The notes beneath the pieces were generated by a model, which saw only the letters and a program-made list of their open reading frames with translations, was not told the DNA's origin and searched no databases. Shown here one piece after another: positions 26,046 to 37,527 of a stretch of 64,000 nucleotides of DNA. The position numbers were made by a program, and so were the translations under genes. Every line of letters begins with the position of its first letter. The first letter of the stretch is position 1. Source of the DNA: Mustelus asterias (lineage: Eukaryota); contig NC_135804.1 in assembly GCF_964213995.1 (NCBI RefSeq), positions 59,830,001 through 59,894,000 on the forward strand. Reading direction: 5' to 3'.

Positions 26046-27947
26046 ATGATGGCCAGTCATGCTGAATGGGGGGACCTCTGGGATTGGGGTTCAAATGTCC
26101 AATTCCACCCATGGGTCTGCATTCTGTCACAACTGGCCGTATTAGGAATCCTACTTATGGCAGTGTACCTAACCATCCTCACACTTAAGTTCTCCAGATA
26201 GGCAGAGGAAGTTAAACGTAAATGCAGCGACCTACAGGCTGCAGTGAAAGTTTTGCACCAAGCAGGAAAAGTAAAAACAGGCCGCGCAACAGACCACTCC
26301 AAATGCCTGCACGAGATTAAAGATCTAAAAGCGCAACTCTCCATAAAAAGGGGTGTTATGTGTGCATACAGGACCGAAACAGGGGACAGTGACCCAGGGG
26401 TAGAGTTGGGGGATTTAGAAGAGGATGCCTGCCATTATGCAACAGCTAGCATCACTGCCGACTGGGGACCCCCACCTCCCTTCCCGGTAATGGAACCAAC
26501 GGCACCACCTAATTCGGCCCCCATCTGGGGAAACTCAATCTCAGCTCCTAGTCCTTTTATCATCCCAATAAGCCCAGCCACTAATCCGGTTCCTGTGCCG
26601 ATGAATCCGGTCACCACCCGATGACAGGACGGTCAGAACCACAATGTGACTTATGTAACTCCATATACCATGACACAGCTCACTGACATCGCTAAAGCGA
26701 TTGGAGTATTTGAACCCTCCGGGGATCCACATGCTCTCTTTGATCAGGTCACCCAATACCGTGTTTTAAACGGCCTACACGAGGCAGAAGAGGTTAAACT
26801 TATTCTGTTATGTTTAAGACCTGCCATCCGTTCCGCCCTACCTGAACCCCAGAACATGGCTAGGGGAACCCTACCAGAAATGAAGGTAGCCGTTCTGGCC
26901 GCCATCGGCTACAATAGGGATGACCCGGTACAAGGCTTAAACAACTGCCAACAAAAGAGAGGGGAGCACCCGACGGCCTATGCTGGCCGACTATGGAACC
27001 AATTTGTTGCGGTTTTCGGCCAATTAAATCGAGTCCAATTAAATGCACACCACTGGCCCACATGGATCCGGACCCTGATAGCACACGCCACCGAGGGGAG
27101 TCAGAAAGCCTCTGAGAATTTTGATCAAGATGATAATACACACACAGAAGCCTGGGCCATCCGCAAAATGACTCGTGTGTGGGAACCGGAAGTCAGACAA
27201 ACAGACACCCCCAAGTCCACAAAACACGGAAAGATGAACCCAATCCACACAGACCTAGCCCCAGTTTGGCTTAACGAAGGGGAAAGTGGAAACAGGGGAC
27301 AGGGAAACTCAGGGCACCCACCCCCATATATCCCTGCCAATCATCGATACAGAAAACCGCAGCCCCGCGCAGAGCCCCGATATATTCTCAACCCCAAGTA
27401 TAGGGAACAAGATAAAACCAAGCCCAGACATGCACCCCCACAAGCACAGTGTTATAACTGTGGGCATCCCAACCATTTTGCCCGGGGCTGTAGGGCACCA
27501 CCAAATTTCAGGGGACCAGCAAACACCGCACACCCATACACCCCTGCTGATCGCCGACACAGGGAACCACAAGGCTGCACAGGACATAAGCCCAACCCCC
27601 GACACCGAGAACGATATAGAGCTGAGCCCAGAGGCTCACGCCCACAAGCACAGTGTTATACCTGCGAGCAACCCAACCATTTCACCCGGAACTGTAGGGC
27701 ACCACCCAACTACCCCACACGACCATCTCAGCAGTTGCCCGACGATGGACTCCGACCCATGCCCCTTGAAGGACCAGCCCGACAAGCAGCTAAAGACCCC
27801 AGATTCCTGGCAGGCAAGCTAACCTACGTCGGGGAGCCCCATGAATGCCAGGTTCCGGCAATAAAAGACCCCAAGGGGCCATTTTTGCCAAAACAAAAGG
27901 GGGAGGAGCAAGGGGAATCAGCCAAACCCAGGCTCAGGACAGTTTAA
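26046..27947 (+). pseudogene. gag: gag with two in-frame stops, apparently fused to a short pol connection remnant
   Basis: ATG 26046 and the ORFs at 26244 and 26646 share one frame, broken only by a TAG (~26199) and a TGA (26622). Capsid-like region, two CCHC knuckles (CYNCGHPNHFARGC, CYTCEQPNHFTRNC), PTAP and PPPY motifs. Confidence 0.85.
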
Positions 27948-28115
27948 AAGTTTTTGTAGATGGGTCATCCATGGTGGAAGAGGGAAACAGGAGGACAGGA
28001 TGCGGGATATATGTGGAAGACCAAGAAAGCCAGCCCCTCGGTATACAAGGTCATGGTAGACCACAAGAAAGCCACGTGGTATCATGTGAACCAAATGAAG
28101 GCAGTCGGCTCCCAG
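27944..28115 (+). pseudogene. pol: pol remnants: RNase H N-terminus joined to integrase C-terminus
   Basis: LKVFVDGSSMVEEGNRRTGCGIY resembles the first RNase H catalytic motif. It is followed in another frame by SPSVYKVMVDHKKATWYHVNQMK, resembling an integrase C-terminal domain. No protease, RT core or integrase core is visible. Confidence 0.75.
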
Positions 28116-29124
28116 CAAAATTTTCACCAATACCATGTCACCCTGGAAGAGTCTTTGAGTCACAGGGAAGCCCCAACCCTCACCCCACAGCACCGGACCT
28201 AAACCACGGTCCACAATCTGTACCCCAGGTTATCAACCTCCACCCAGTATCCACAGGAACAGCACACGCAACCTCGGTCCCCGCCCCAATTTACAGGGCT
28301 TCAGGAATAAATCCCCGGCCCAGGGGACCCCGACGAAAAGGATGGGGAAACCGGAAACCTTACCCCCTGTGGTGCCCCTGGTACCGGGACTCCCAGAACC
28401 GTTTGACCCGGCGCTCACTACCAGAGGTGGTAATGCAGTGGGTACCTGGCAGCCAAAGCCCGCCCACATAGGTTCCCTCCACTAAGAAAGAATCAGGGCA
28501 TCACAGTCCAGATTGTAAATAGCTTTATCCGTCCACGCCATGCATCACCCAATTGAAAAAGGCTTAAGAAAGAATCAGGACATCACAGTCCAGATTGTAG
28601 GTAGCTTTCTCCGTCCACTCCACGCATTACCCAATTGAAAAGGGTTTCTTATCTGCCCACGTTAACCTGCATCATAATTTTCCGACACCCCACGGTTTGG
28701 TTGTGAGATGAAGAATCTATTGTTATACTGTGCCATAGTCCTCCAACAACAAGGACACATGCCACAGACCCAACATTTTATTTTCACGCTCTGCAAACTC
28801 CTTACCCAACTCAACCCCATCAACACTGATTGCCGACCAACCTTTCATATGACACTCTTGGGCCTTTATTATTCCTTCACTTATTTCTTTGTTTTTTTAA
28901 AAAAGAGGAGTCATATGACATTCTAGTAAAGAAAAGGAAAAGAGAATCAGATATTAATAAGAATTAACAGGTGCTACCTTGATCTTCCCCAGAATGAACT
29001 ACATACTTCCCTGTTATCTGGGACTCCTCGTCTCAGACCGAACCACAGACACCACATCAACCAAAGACCAGAAGATCAGCCTACGATAACCTGGATATAT
29101 GTGGTTCACCCCACGCCCGATGGA

Positions 29125-29520
29125 AGTACACTCATCAGAGGTCAACCTTTTGGCACCCCGTAGAAACTTTCTGGAAGGGGACTACAGAACAGTATCTAAA
29201 GAACGTAAAATCTTGCAGAATAAAATACTTAATTTAGATGCAGCAAAAGCAAGACTGAAGAAGGCAAAGGTTTCAGAGGCCCGTTCAGCAGCAGAACAGG
29301 AAATGCAAATTACACAAAGTGAATTTGATTGCCAGGCAGAGAACACAAGACTTTTGCTTGAAGGAATTAGCAGTACACATGCTCATCACCTTCATTGGCT
29401 GCGTGACAATGTTGATGCCCAGTTGACCTACTATGCTCAGTGTTACTAGTATATGGTTGATTTACAGAAGCAACTTGGAAGTTTTCCAACCACATTTTCT
29501 TCCAACAACAATCAGCCTGC
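29125..29520 (+). pseudogene. SH3GLB1: Processed (intronless) endophilin-B1 fragment: C-terminal half of the N-BAR domain plus linker start
   Basis: NLLAPRRNFLEGDYRTVSKERKILQNKILNLDAAKARLKKAK...EQEMQITQSEFDCQAENTRLLLEGISSTHAHHL...AQLTYYAQCY*YMVDLQKQLGSFPTTFSSNNNQ aligns along its length with vertebrate SH3GLB1 as recalled (NFLTPLRNFIEGDYKTIAKERKLLQNKRLDLDAAKTRLKKAK...YYAQCYQYMLDLQKQLGSFPSNYLSNNNQ). Confidence 0.93.
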
Positions 29521-29808
29521 TCGGCTTACTGTTTATTGCTTTGTTTTGTATATACCCGATTGACGTATTGTTTCTTATTGTTTCTTTGATTATTTTACTT
29601 CAGTTTGCACTGTCTATTGCTTTGTTTTGTTTATACCCGATTGATGTATTGTTTCTTATTGTTTTTTAAGAATTATTTTACATCATTTAAATTTGTTGGT
29701 ACTATTGTGGGTTAGGGATGATACCGCCAACGCTAGATACGGGATGCTTGCTTGTTGAGATGGTTTGGTGAGACTTGTGTGATCCGGTTCACTGACGCTC
29801 ATTGGATC

Positions 29809-29820
29809 AAAAGGAGGGAA
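29809..29820 (+). promoter_or_regulatory. Polypurine tract
   Basis: AAAAGGAGGGAA directly abutting the 3' LTR. Confidence 0.9.
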
Positions 29821-30646
29821 TTTGGTGATATAAACAGGGCCTAGTTTTAAGGCTGATAAAATTGGATATCCTAATTTAAAGAATTGGGCATATTGAAATC
29901 AAACACAGTCAAACCTCAAGCAGGCCAATTATACAAATGCACAAACGTGTCTGGGCCTGACCCATCAACTACCCATCAAAGGTCGTTACACTCTACTTGA
30001 GACGTAGCAGGAGATCATGGCACCTCATTGAAATGCATTGGCCTATTGTTAGAAGCGCAGATCAAGCCAGACTTTCTGTCACCAAGAGTTCCTGCAGATA
30101 ACTTATCTGATAACAAGTTCAACAACATGGAGATGGACACTTGGGGGGGCGGACCCTGGTGTCCTGTCAGGCAGACATCAAGAAACCCACTGGGTATTGG
30201 AAGCCCCTCCTGGCACCTCATTGGCCAGAAGCCAGAGAAGTTTCTGGAAAGGCAAGCAGGCTGGGGGACAAAGGGACGCATTTTCAGACACACTGCAGCG
30301 AAGACTCAACAGGGGAGACGGCCGTGACCATTCACCAGACTGACCAGAGAAGGAAGGAAGGAAGAAGCGGCCATCAAAACTCACCTTCATGACGACGGAC
30401 CAGAGGGACTCAGAGAATCGGACCTGCAGTTCAACCAAACCATCTTTACAGGTGGTATACTTGAATCTGCTGGGGTATCCTCTTGTTTTATGTGGGTAAT
30501 TTAAGGGTTAATAGTGTTATTATTAATAAACTTGTTGAACCTCCACTTGTGTTTGTCCTTCGTCCAACTTGCAAATAAGGGCACCGGGGTAAAACCTTGG
30601 AGTGAGTAAACTGGTTGAAAGTATCTGAGAATTAACAGGTACAACA
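29821..30646 (+). repeat. 3' LTR (826 bp)
   Basis: Highly similar to the 5' LTR with scattered substitutions and small indels; the initial TG reads TT. Confidence 0.95.
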
Positions 30647-33600
30647 CCATCTATATCTTCTTATAGGTAGTTAGCCTTGCTGCTAACCACCTGGCAAATT
30701 TTTGTGTCATCTGCAAACTTATTAATGCTTCCCCACGAAGTCATCTATGCCATTTCCATAAAGGACAGATAATATAGGACCCAACACGGATCCCTGTGGT
30801 ATGCAAATCGACTATGGCTTCCAGTCACTAAAGCAGCCTTCTGCCATCTCTCTCTCATACAATAGAACCAATTCTGAATCCACTTTGTCAAATTGTCCTG
30901 TATCCCATGTGCATTTACCTTCTTTATAAGTCTCCTATATGGAACATTATCAAAAGCTTTGCTAAAAACCATTTTAACTACTCTCGACAGCACTACCCAC
31001 GTACACACACCTGGTAACGGCCTCAAAAAATTCAAACAACTTTGTTAGGCATGATTCCCCCCCCCCCCCCCCCCCCCCCCCCGCTGATGAAGCAACAATG
31101 ACTATCCAAGTGGATATAGATTCTCTCCTTCAGAATTTTCTCCAAAGGTTTCCCTTTCAATGACGTAAGACACACTGACCTGTACTTCTTTGCTTTATCT
31201 CAGCAACCCTTCTTAAATAGTGGAACCGCATTCGCTGTTCTCCAGTCATCTGGCAACTCCCCCGTGGCCAGAAAGGAATTGAAAATTTGGGTCAGAATTC
31301 TTGTAATCTCCTCCCCTGTCTCCCAGTGCAGCCTAGGGCACACTCCATCGGGACCTGGAGATTCATTCTCTTTTAAGGCTGCCAACACTTCCAATACCTG
31401 GTCCTTCCCTATGTCAATTTGCTCAAGAACCTTACAGTCCCTTTTCCTCAATCCCATACCATCGTCCTCATTGTCTTGGGTGAAAGCGGATTCATTCAAA
31501 CTCTACCAATGTCCTCTGGTGCCACCTACGGATTGCCCTCTTGGTCCCTAATGGGCCCCACTCTTTCCCTCGTTAACATCTTCCCATTGATATTATTAGA
31601 GGATATCTTGAAATTTTCTCTACTTTTACCAGACCGAAATTTCCCATACCCCCTCTCTGCTTTCCTAATCGCTTCCTTCAGCTCCAACCTGCACTTCCTA
31701 TACCTCACTAATGTTTCCACTGATTTGCTCCCCTTCTACTTTATAACAAGGCTTTCTTTTCCTTCTCATTGTATTGTGAATATCTCTGGTCATCCATGGC
31801 TCTCTTGGCTTGTTATGCCTTCCTATCACCCTAGAGGGAACATGCAGGACTTGCACCCTCCCCATTTCATGTTTGAATGCCCCCCCCCCCCCCCACCCGC
31901 CCGCCCGCCACCTCCCCCCCCCCCCCCCCCCCCCGCCCGCCCCCACGCCCTCCCCCACCCCATCCCACTGCTCTTCTGAAGATTTTGTCATTAGTAGCTG
32001 TTCCCAGTCTACCTTGGCCAGATCCTGAACTATTTTACTAAAATCCGCTCTCCCCAATCTAAAGCCTTTTTTGCAGCTTGTCTATTTCCTTGTCCATAAC
32101 AAGTTTGAATTGTACCATGTTGTGACCGCTATCACTAAAATGCTCCCCCAACAGTTCCTCAACCTCTTGTTCGGCTTTAGTCCACATAATTGGGTCTAGC
32201 ATAGATCCTTCCCTTGTTGGACCCTCTACATATTGATCTGCAAAGTTCTCCTGCACATATTTCAGGTAATCTATTCCATCCAAGCCTTCAACTCTATGTA
32301 TATTCCATTTAATGTTGGGAAAGTTAAAATCACCGAATATAATAACCATATTGATATTGTTTTTACACACATCCGCAACTTGAGCACATATTTGCTCCTC
32401 AATATCCCTCTGACTATCTGGGGGTCTATAATAAAGACCTAACAATGTGGCTGTCCCTGTTCCATTCTTAAGCTCTATCCATAAAGTTTCATCAGATCCC
32501 CTTTCCAAAATTGATTCCCTTCCAAAATTGATTCCTTCATTAATAATGCAATGCCTCCTCCTCTTTTATCTCCTCCCCTGTCCTGTCTGAAGATTCTATA
32601 TCCCAGATGTTGAGTTGCCAATCATGCCCTTCCTTCAACCATGTCCCTGTGATGCCCACTATATCACATTACGTATGTGCCTCTCAACTCAACCGAATCA
32701 AACGATTCAAGAACAGCTACTTTCCTGCTGCCATCAGACCTTTGAATGGGGCCTATCTCATATTGAGTTGATCATTAGCTACATCCTCGCCATGGCTGTA
32801 ACACTACATTCTGTACCCTCTCCTTTCCTTCTCTATGTACGGTATGCTTTACTTGTATAGCATGCAACAAACAATACTTTTCACTGTATACTAATACATA
32901 TGACAATAATAAATCAAACCAAAATTGTCACCTTCAATTCACCCGTTTTACCTGCAATTCTCCTGGCGTTAAAGTAGAGGCCATCCAGCCTGGCCTTACT
33001 CCCTTGAAACTTAATACAGCTGCAATCCTTCTGACCTGATTGTTTTACTGTATGATTTGGTGCCCTTACTCTGTGCTCCCCCCCCCCCGCCCCGCCCCCC
33101 GCGCGCCCTTACCCTCGCCACATTAATTCAAACTCCGCCCAACAGCACTGGCAAGAATGTTAGTTGCAGTCTGATTCAGATACAGAACGCCCGCTTGTTC
33201 AGGTCCCACCTTCCCCAGAAATTGTCCCAGTGATCCACCAGTCTAAACCCCTCCTTCTGCACCAACTCTTAAGCCACGCATTAATCTGCAGCATCCTACT
33301 ATTTCTGTGTTCGCTACAACGTGGCATTCGGATTTCAACCCGAGAGGTCCTGCTTTTTAATCTAATGCCTAACTGCCTGAATACTTGATGCAAGACCTCA
33401 CCCATCTTTCTATCATTGGTACCAATATGTACCATGACCTCTGCCTAATCACCCTACCCCTTCAAGATACACTGCAGTCATTCAGTAACATCACGGACCC
33501 TAGCACGAGGGAGGCCACCTATCATTCTGGAGTCACGTTGATGGACACAGTAGCGCCTATCTCTCACCCGATTATAGAATCCCCTATTACCATTGCGCTG

Positions 33601-34149
33601 CTACTCCCCCCTCCCCCTCCTGTACAGATAGGCTGCTTGTGGTCCCAGAAGCTTGGCTCTGCCGACACCGCCTGGAGGAACCAGCCTCATCAGGCTCCAA
33701 AATAGAATACCGATTTGCAAGCAAGACACCAGGGGACTCCTGAACTACCTGCCTAGATCTCTTGAACTGCCTGGTGGTCACCCATTCCCTTCCTTCCTCA
33801 AATTCCTTCAACCACCTTCCTAAATGTGCTATCCAAAATGTTCTAAGACTCGCGGGTGCTCCACGATGTCTCCAGCGTTCATTCTAGCTCCGAAACCCGA
33901 GCTTCAAGGAGCTGCAGCTGCCTCCTTTTCAGCACACATGCTGGCCCCGGGCACTGAAAATGTGCCCGGCCTCACACATGGAGCAAGAAGAGCAAACCAC
34001 AGCTCCGAGCTCTATCAAATTGCAGAGATTGTTTTGGAAAGGTGCCCTTGCATTGGAAGAAATGAAATGCAACCCCATTATTCAGAGAGAGGTTGAAAGA
34101 GAAAACTTTGAATAAGAAGCAAGTTAACCTGACCTCAGGAATAGGGCAA

Positions 34150-35150
34150 ACCCAAAATCCATTGGAAAGGACATGCTAACAGAGCAAGTAGAAACTTAGG
34201 CAGAGCTCATTCAGATTTATGAAAGGAACATGGTGTTTGACGAGTTGATGAGATAGTTGTAGGTTGTAACGAATAAGACCAATGAGGGATAATTAATGGC
34301 TTTGGTACAGTTGAACATTCAAAAACAAAATAGCCCATATGCGCCAGATGATAAACCATCAAACTGTGCTACCTTAGAAGGGCGTACTGAATGAACGTAG
34401 CTGAAAGATATATCAGCAGAGAGGAAAGACAACTTAGAAATATATTGCCCATTTTGGGTTGGCAGGCTATAACTAACACAACACCATTAGAATCAGCGCT
34501 TGCACTTGACGATTTGCAATATATGTGATCAACAGAGATGACTGGGTTCAATGCAATGATCCTTTTTAGGCGGTACAATGTTACATGGCGCAGTTAACTG
34601 TGAGAAGGACGCAAAAAACATTGCAAAGGAATGTAAGCTGAAGTGAGTGCTGAAGAAAATTGCGGATGAGAAGCAATGTTTTGAAATGTGAAGCTATCCA
34701 CGCTGCAAGGAACAAAAAACGAAAAGCAGAATATGTTTCAAACGTGAGAGAATCAGAAACGCTCCAATTCCAAAGGACTTGGGCGTCATTTTGCCCCAAT
34801 GGCCGGATGTTAACGTCCACTACGGGAAAGCAAGAAATATGTTGATCGTTATTGCGATTGGATTATAGTATCCGTGTAAAAATCCTTTTTTTCCTACTAT
34901 TTCGCAGCGTCCTGTTCAGACAACATCTTCCATTCCTGGAGTATTGTGTGCAATTTTGTTCTTCTCATCTCCATGAATATATTGTTAACTTCGAGGGACT
35001 GCAAAGTATGTGTACTGAATTTATTCATGTGACGATGGCACTGTTGTATGAGAGAAACAATAGTAGACTAGGTCTATGTTATACCTAACCTTGAAGAATA
35101 GGAGGTTTCACATTGAAATTTATATCATTAGCAATGCGACATAAGGGAAA
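34150..35150 (+). mobile_element. Ancient CR1 RT remnant (paralogous copy at about 61540-62430)
   Basis: KCEAIH and LEYCVQF remnants. Confidence 0.6.
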
Positions 35151-37387
35151 ACTCACCAAAGTTTGGAGTCATAACTACAACAAGGGAAGATGGTTGTTTT
35201 TTTTGGAAGCGAATGATCTCAACCACGCAACAACGCTGCAGGACATATTCATCGTAATATCCTAGACGCAACCATTTTCGGCTGCTTCGTCAGATACCCT
35301 CCTTCCATCATAGGGTCAGCAGTGGGGATGTTCGCTGATAATTTGGGGGACTCTGGTATAGTAGAAGTGTCATTGGATTTGTAATGCAGAACCCTGGACC
35401 AATTCTCTGGAGACATGGGTTTTGATCCCTCCACAGTTGCTGGTGGAATTTGAATTCATAAATGAATCTGGAATTGTAAAACTGGCCTTAGTAATGCTGG
35501 AGATGGTCCTTACCTGACGCTCAAGTTGTGTTGTCAGTAATCAGTACAAACGATAATGTTGCCCAGCGCCTTATATTTCTGGAAACGGGTGTTTCATTAA
35601 ATGAGGAGTTTTGAGGTAAATGTTCCGCCATCATTAGCGAACACCCCACAACTGATAAATAATGGATGGAAGGTAATTGAAATTTCGGACATTAACTTGT
35701 GGATCTCCTGCAGCGATCCCTGGCCTATGACGATTGAACTACAAAAATCATTGCCAACTTTCTTCCAGCTAGATATGATTCCATCCTGTTTAGAGTTTTT
35801 GTTCGTGTTCCAATCGACTTTAAAACTACCAGGGGTCTATGATGCCACACTCTGTCAAGTGCTGTCAAAGTCAGTCACTCTGGAATTCAGCGCTTTTGTC
35901 AAGTTTGGACAAAGTCTGCAATGAGACTGAGAGCCGGCTGCTCCCGGCAAGGAAGCCAAACTGAGCACCAGAACATTGATGAATAACTGTTGATGACAGA
36001 CTGCGTTACAATTTCGATGATTTAGTGTAGAATGATAGGGTGCAATTGGGCGGCTTGTATTACTCCCGCGAAGTAAGTTAACGGTTGTGGGAAAAAATGC
36101 CGACTGGAAAAAATGACGTGAATGTTTAATGATTTATAACCCAATGCTGCACAGGCAAGTTCCAAGGACCCTAAACAAAAGTCTGCAAATAAATAGAGCT
36201 GCAATTTTGTTGTGAGATGGTATCTTTGAAAATTGGAACGCATTCGTCCAAAATTGCTCTCTTTCTTATTTTAGCCTTGCATGGAGCAATTTAAACGGAC
36301 GTTTGAAGAGGTGACAAATTGAAAGTAATGCCCAAATTTCACTCACTGAATAATTTTTAAGTTTAGGACTTATTGCCACAGATCACATTTAAGAATGGGC
36401 TTGATTTGAAACTTGGTACTGGCCTGTTTCTAATCATTTTATGTGGCAGCAATTAACTGAACATCAGATCAAATGTAAACCTAGCCGTTTACGAAGTGAG
36501 AGTTGTGGTTTAAACACTCACTACAGAGATAATAAATAATTACCTGGATACTATTCCAATCAACAGCGAAAGCAATTGAAGTAGCTCTCGTCCAAAGCCC
36601 CGTTTATAAAATCAAAGCTACATGTGTTCTCACCGGCATGGCTGAAAACACACGTAATAACATCAACTCAAACACAGTTGAAAAAGAATGAGCAGCACGA
36701 CAACAGTGCGTTTAGAAAATTACTGTCTCCTCCCCACCGCCTATACTACTTTTAATTCTACTGCCCTGTTATCATCTGAAAAAATTAAACGTGGGCAAAT
36801 AAATCGACCTATGGCAGAAGAAGAATAATGAATTTACATTCTTATCCTGAGCCCAGCTACGTTGACCTGCTCAATCGAAAAGACTACTGACACCAATAGC
36901 TGTTTAGATGAGCACATGGAATTCCAAGGCCAGTCGTGCAAATATACAATTACATAAACGAAACACTTTCTGGAAAGCAAAAGCAAGAACAGAAGGGTCA
37001 AAGTCATAATCAACTTTCTGAGTTGTTTGTGATTACTCGCAATATATTTAAATATATTATCATCTCTGCCGAGATGAAAATTTTCCGGTATGAAACTTTA
37101 CAGTCCAGAAGATCAATAACAAGTACCCAATGGAAAATACAGGTGAATATTACAAATTGCCAAACAACAATTATAATTGCAGTGAATAACACCAGACTAC
37201 AATCTTGTAAAGTATATTAATTAACAGTTGAATTAAATACATTCTGGTTCGTAGGAAGATACACACATAGGGACATAGGACACAGGAATAGGCCATTCAA
37301 TTCTTCGAGCCTGCCGCGCCATTTAATGAGATTATGGCTGATCGTCCGTCTCATGGTCATTTTTCGCACGATCCCCATATTCCTTAA

Positions 37388-37527
37388 GACAAAGGCAAAA
37401 TACTGCGGACGCTGGAATCTGGAACAAAAGCAGAAAATGCTGGGGTACCTCAGAAGATCTGACAACATCTTTGGAGAGAGAATGGAGCTAAGATTTCGAG
37501 TCTGGATGACTCTTCGTCAGGGCTCAA
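37388..37527 (-). mobile_element. Second Penelope-like short repeat with a hammerhead-like motif
   Basis: Minus strand CTGACGA-A-GAGTC-ATCCA-GACTC-GAAA. Flanked by the direct repeat ATATTCCTTAA. Confidence 0.6.

Larger units (their letters stand above)
24892..30646 (+). mobile_element. Defective endogenous retrovirus / LTR element carrying a captured host cDNA fragment
   Basis: TG...CA termini, 4-bp TSD CCAT (24888-24891 and 30647-30650), two LTRs, PBS, PPT, gag and pol remnants. It interrupts a minus-strand CR1. Confidence 0.95.
24035..34010 (-). mobile_element. Near-full-length degenerate CR1 LINE, split by the provirus
   Basis: ORF1 SGNH-esterase remnant (VHIGTND, 33199-33435), endonuclease (LYYRPP, GDFNFPNI, 32059-32508), RT pieces at 30745-31499, and 3' end at 24136-24764. 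Ends approximate. Confidence 0.85.

Noticed and set aside
27936-27950. Possible programmed -1 frameshift (GTTTAAAAG) between the gag frame and RNase H
   Set aside because: The heptamer is not in the X XXY YYZ register of the gag frame, and the site falls within pol-like sequence. A 1-nt indel is simpler.
29125-29520. The functional host SH3GLB1 locus
   Set aside because: It is intronless, partial (no N-terminal helix, no SH3), has an internal stop, and lies between LTRs.
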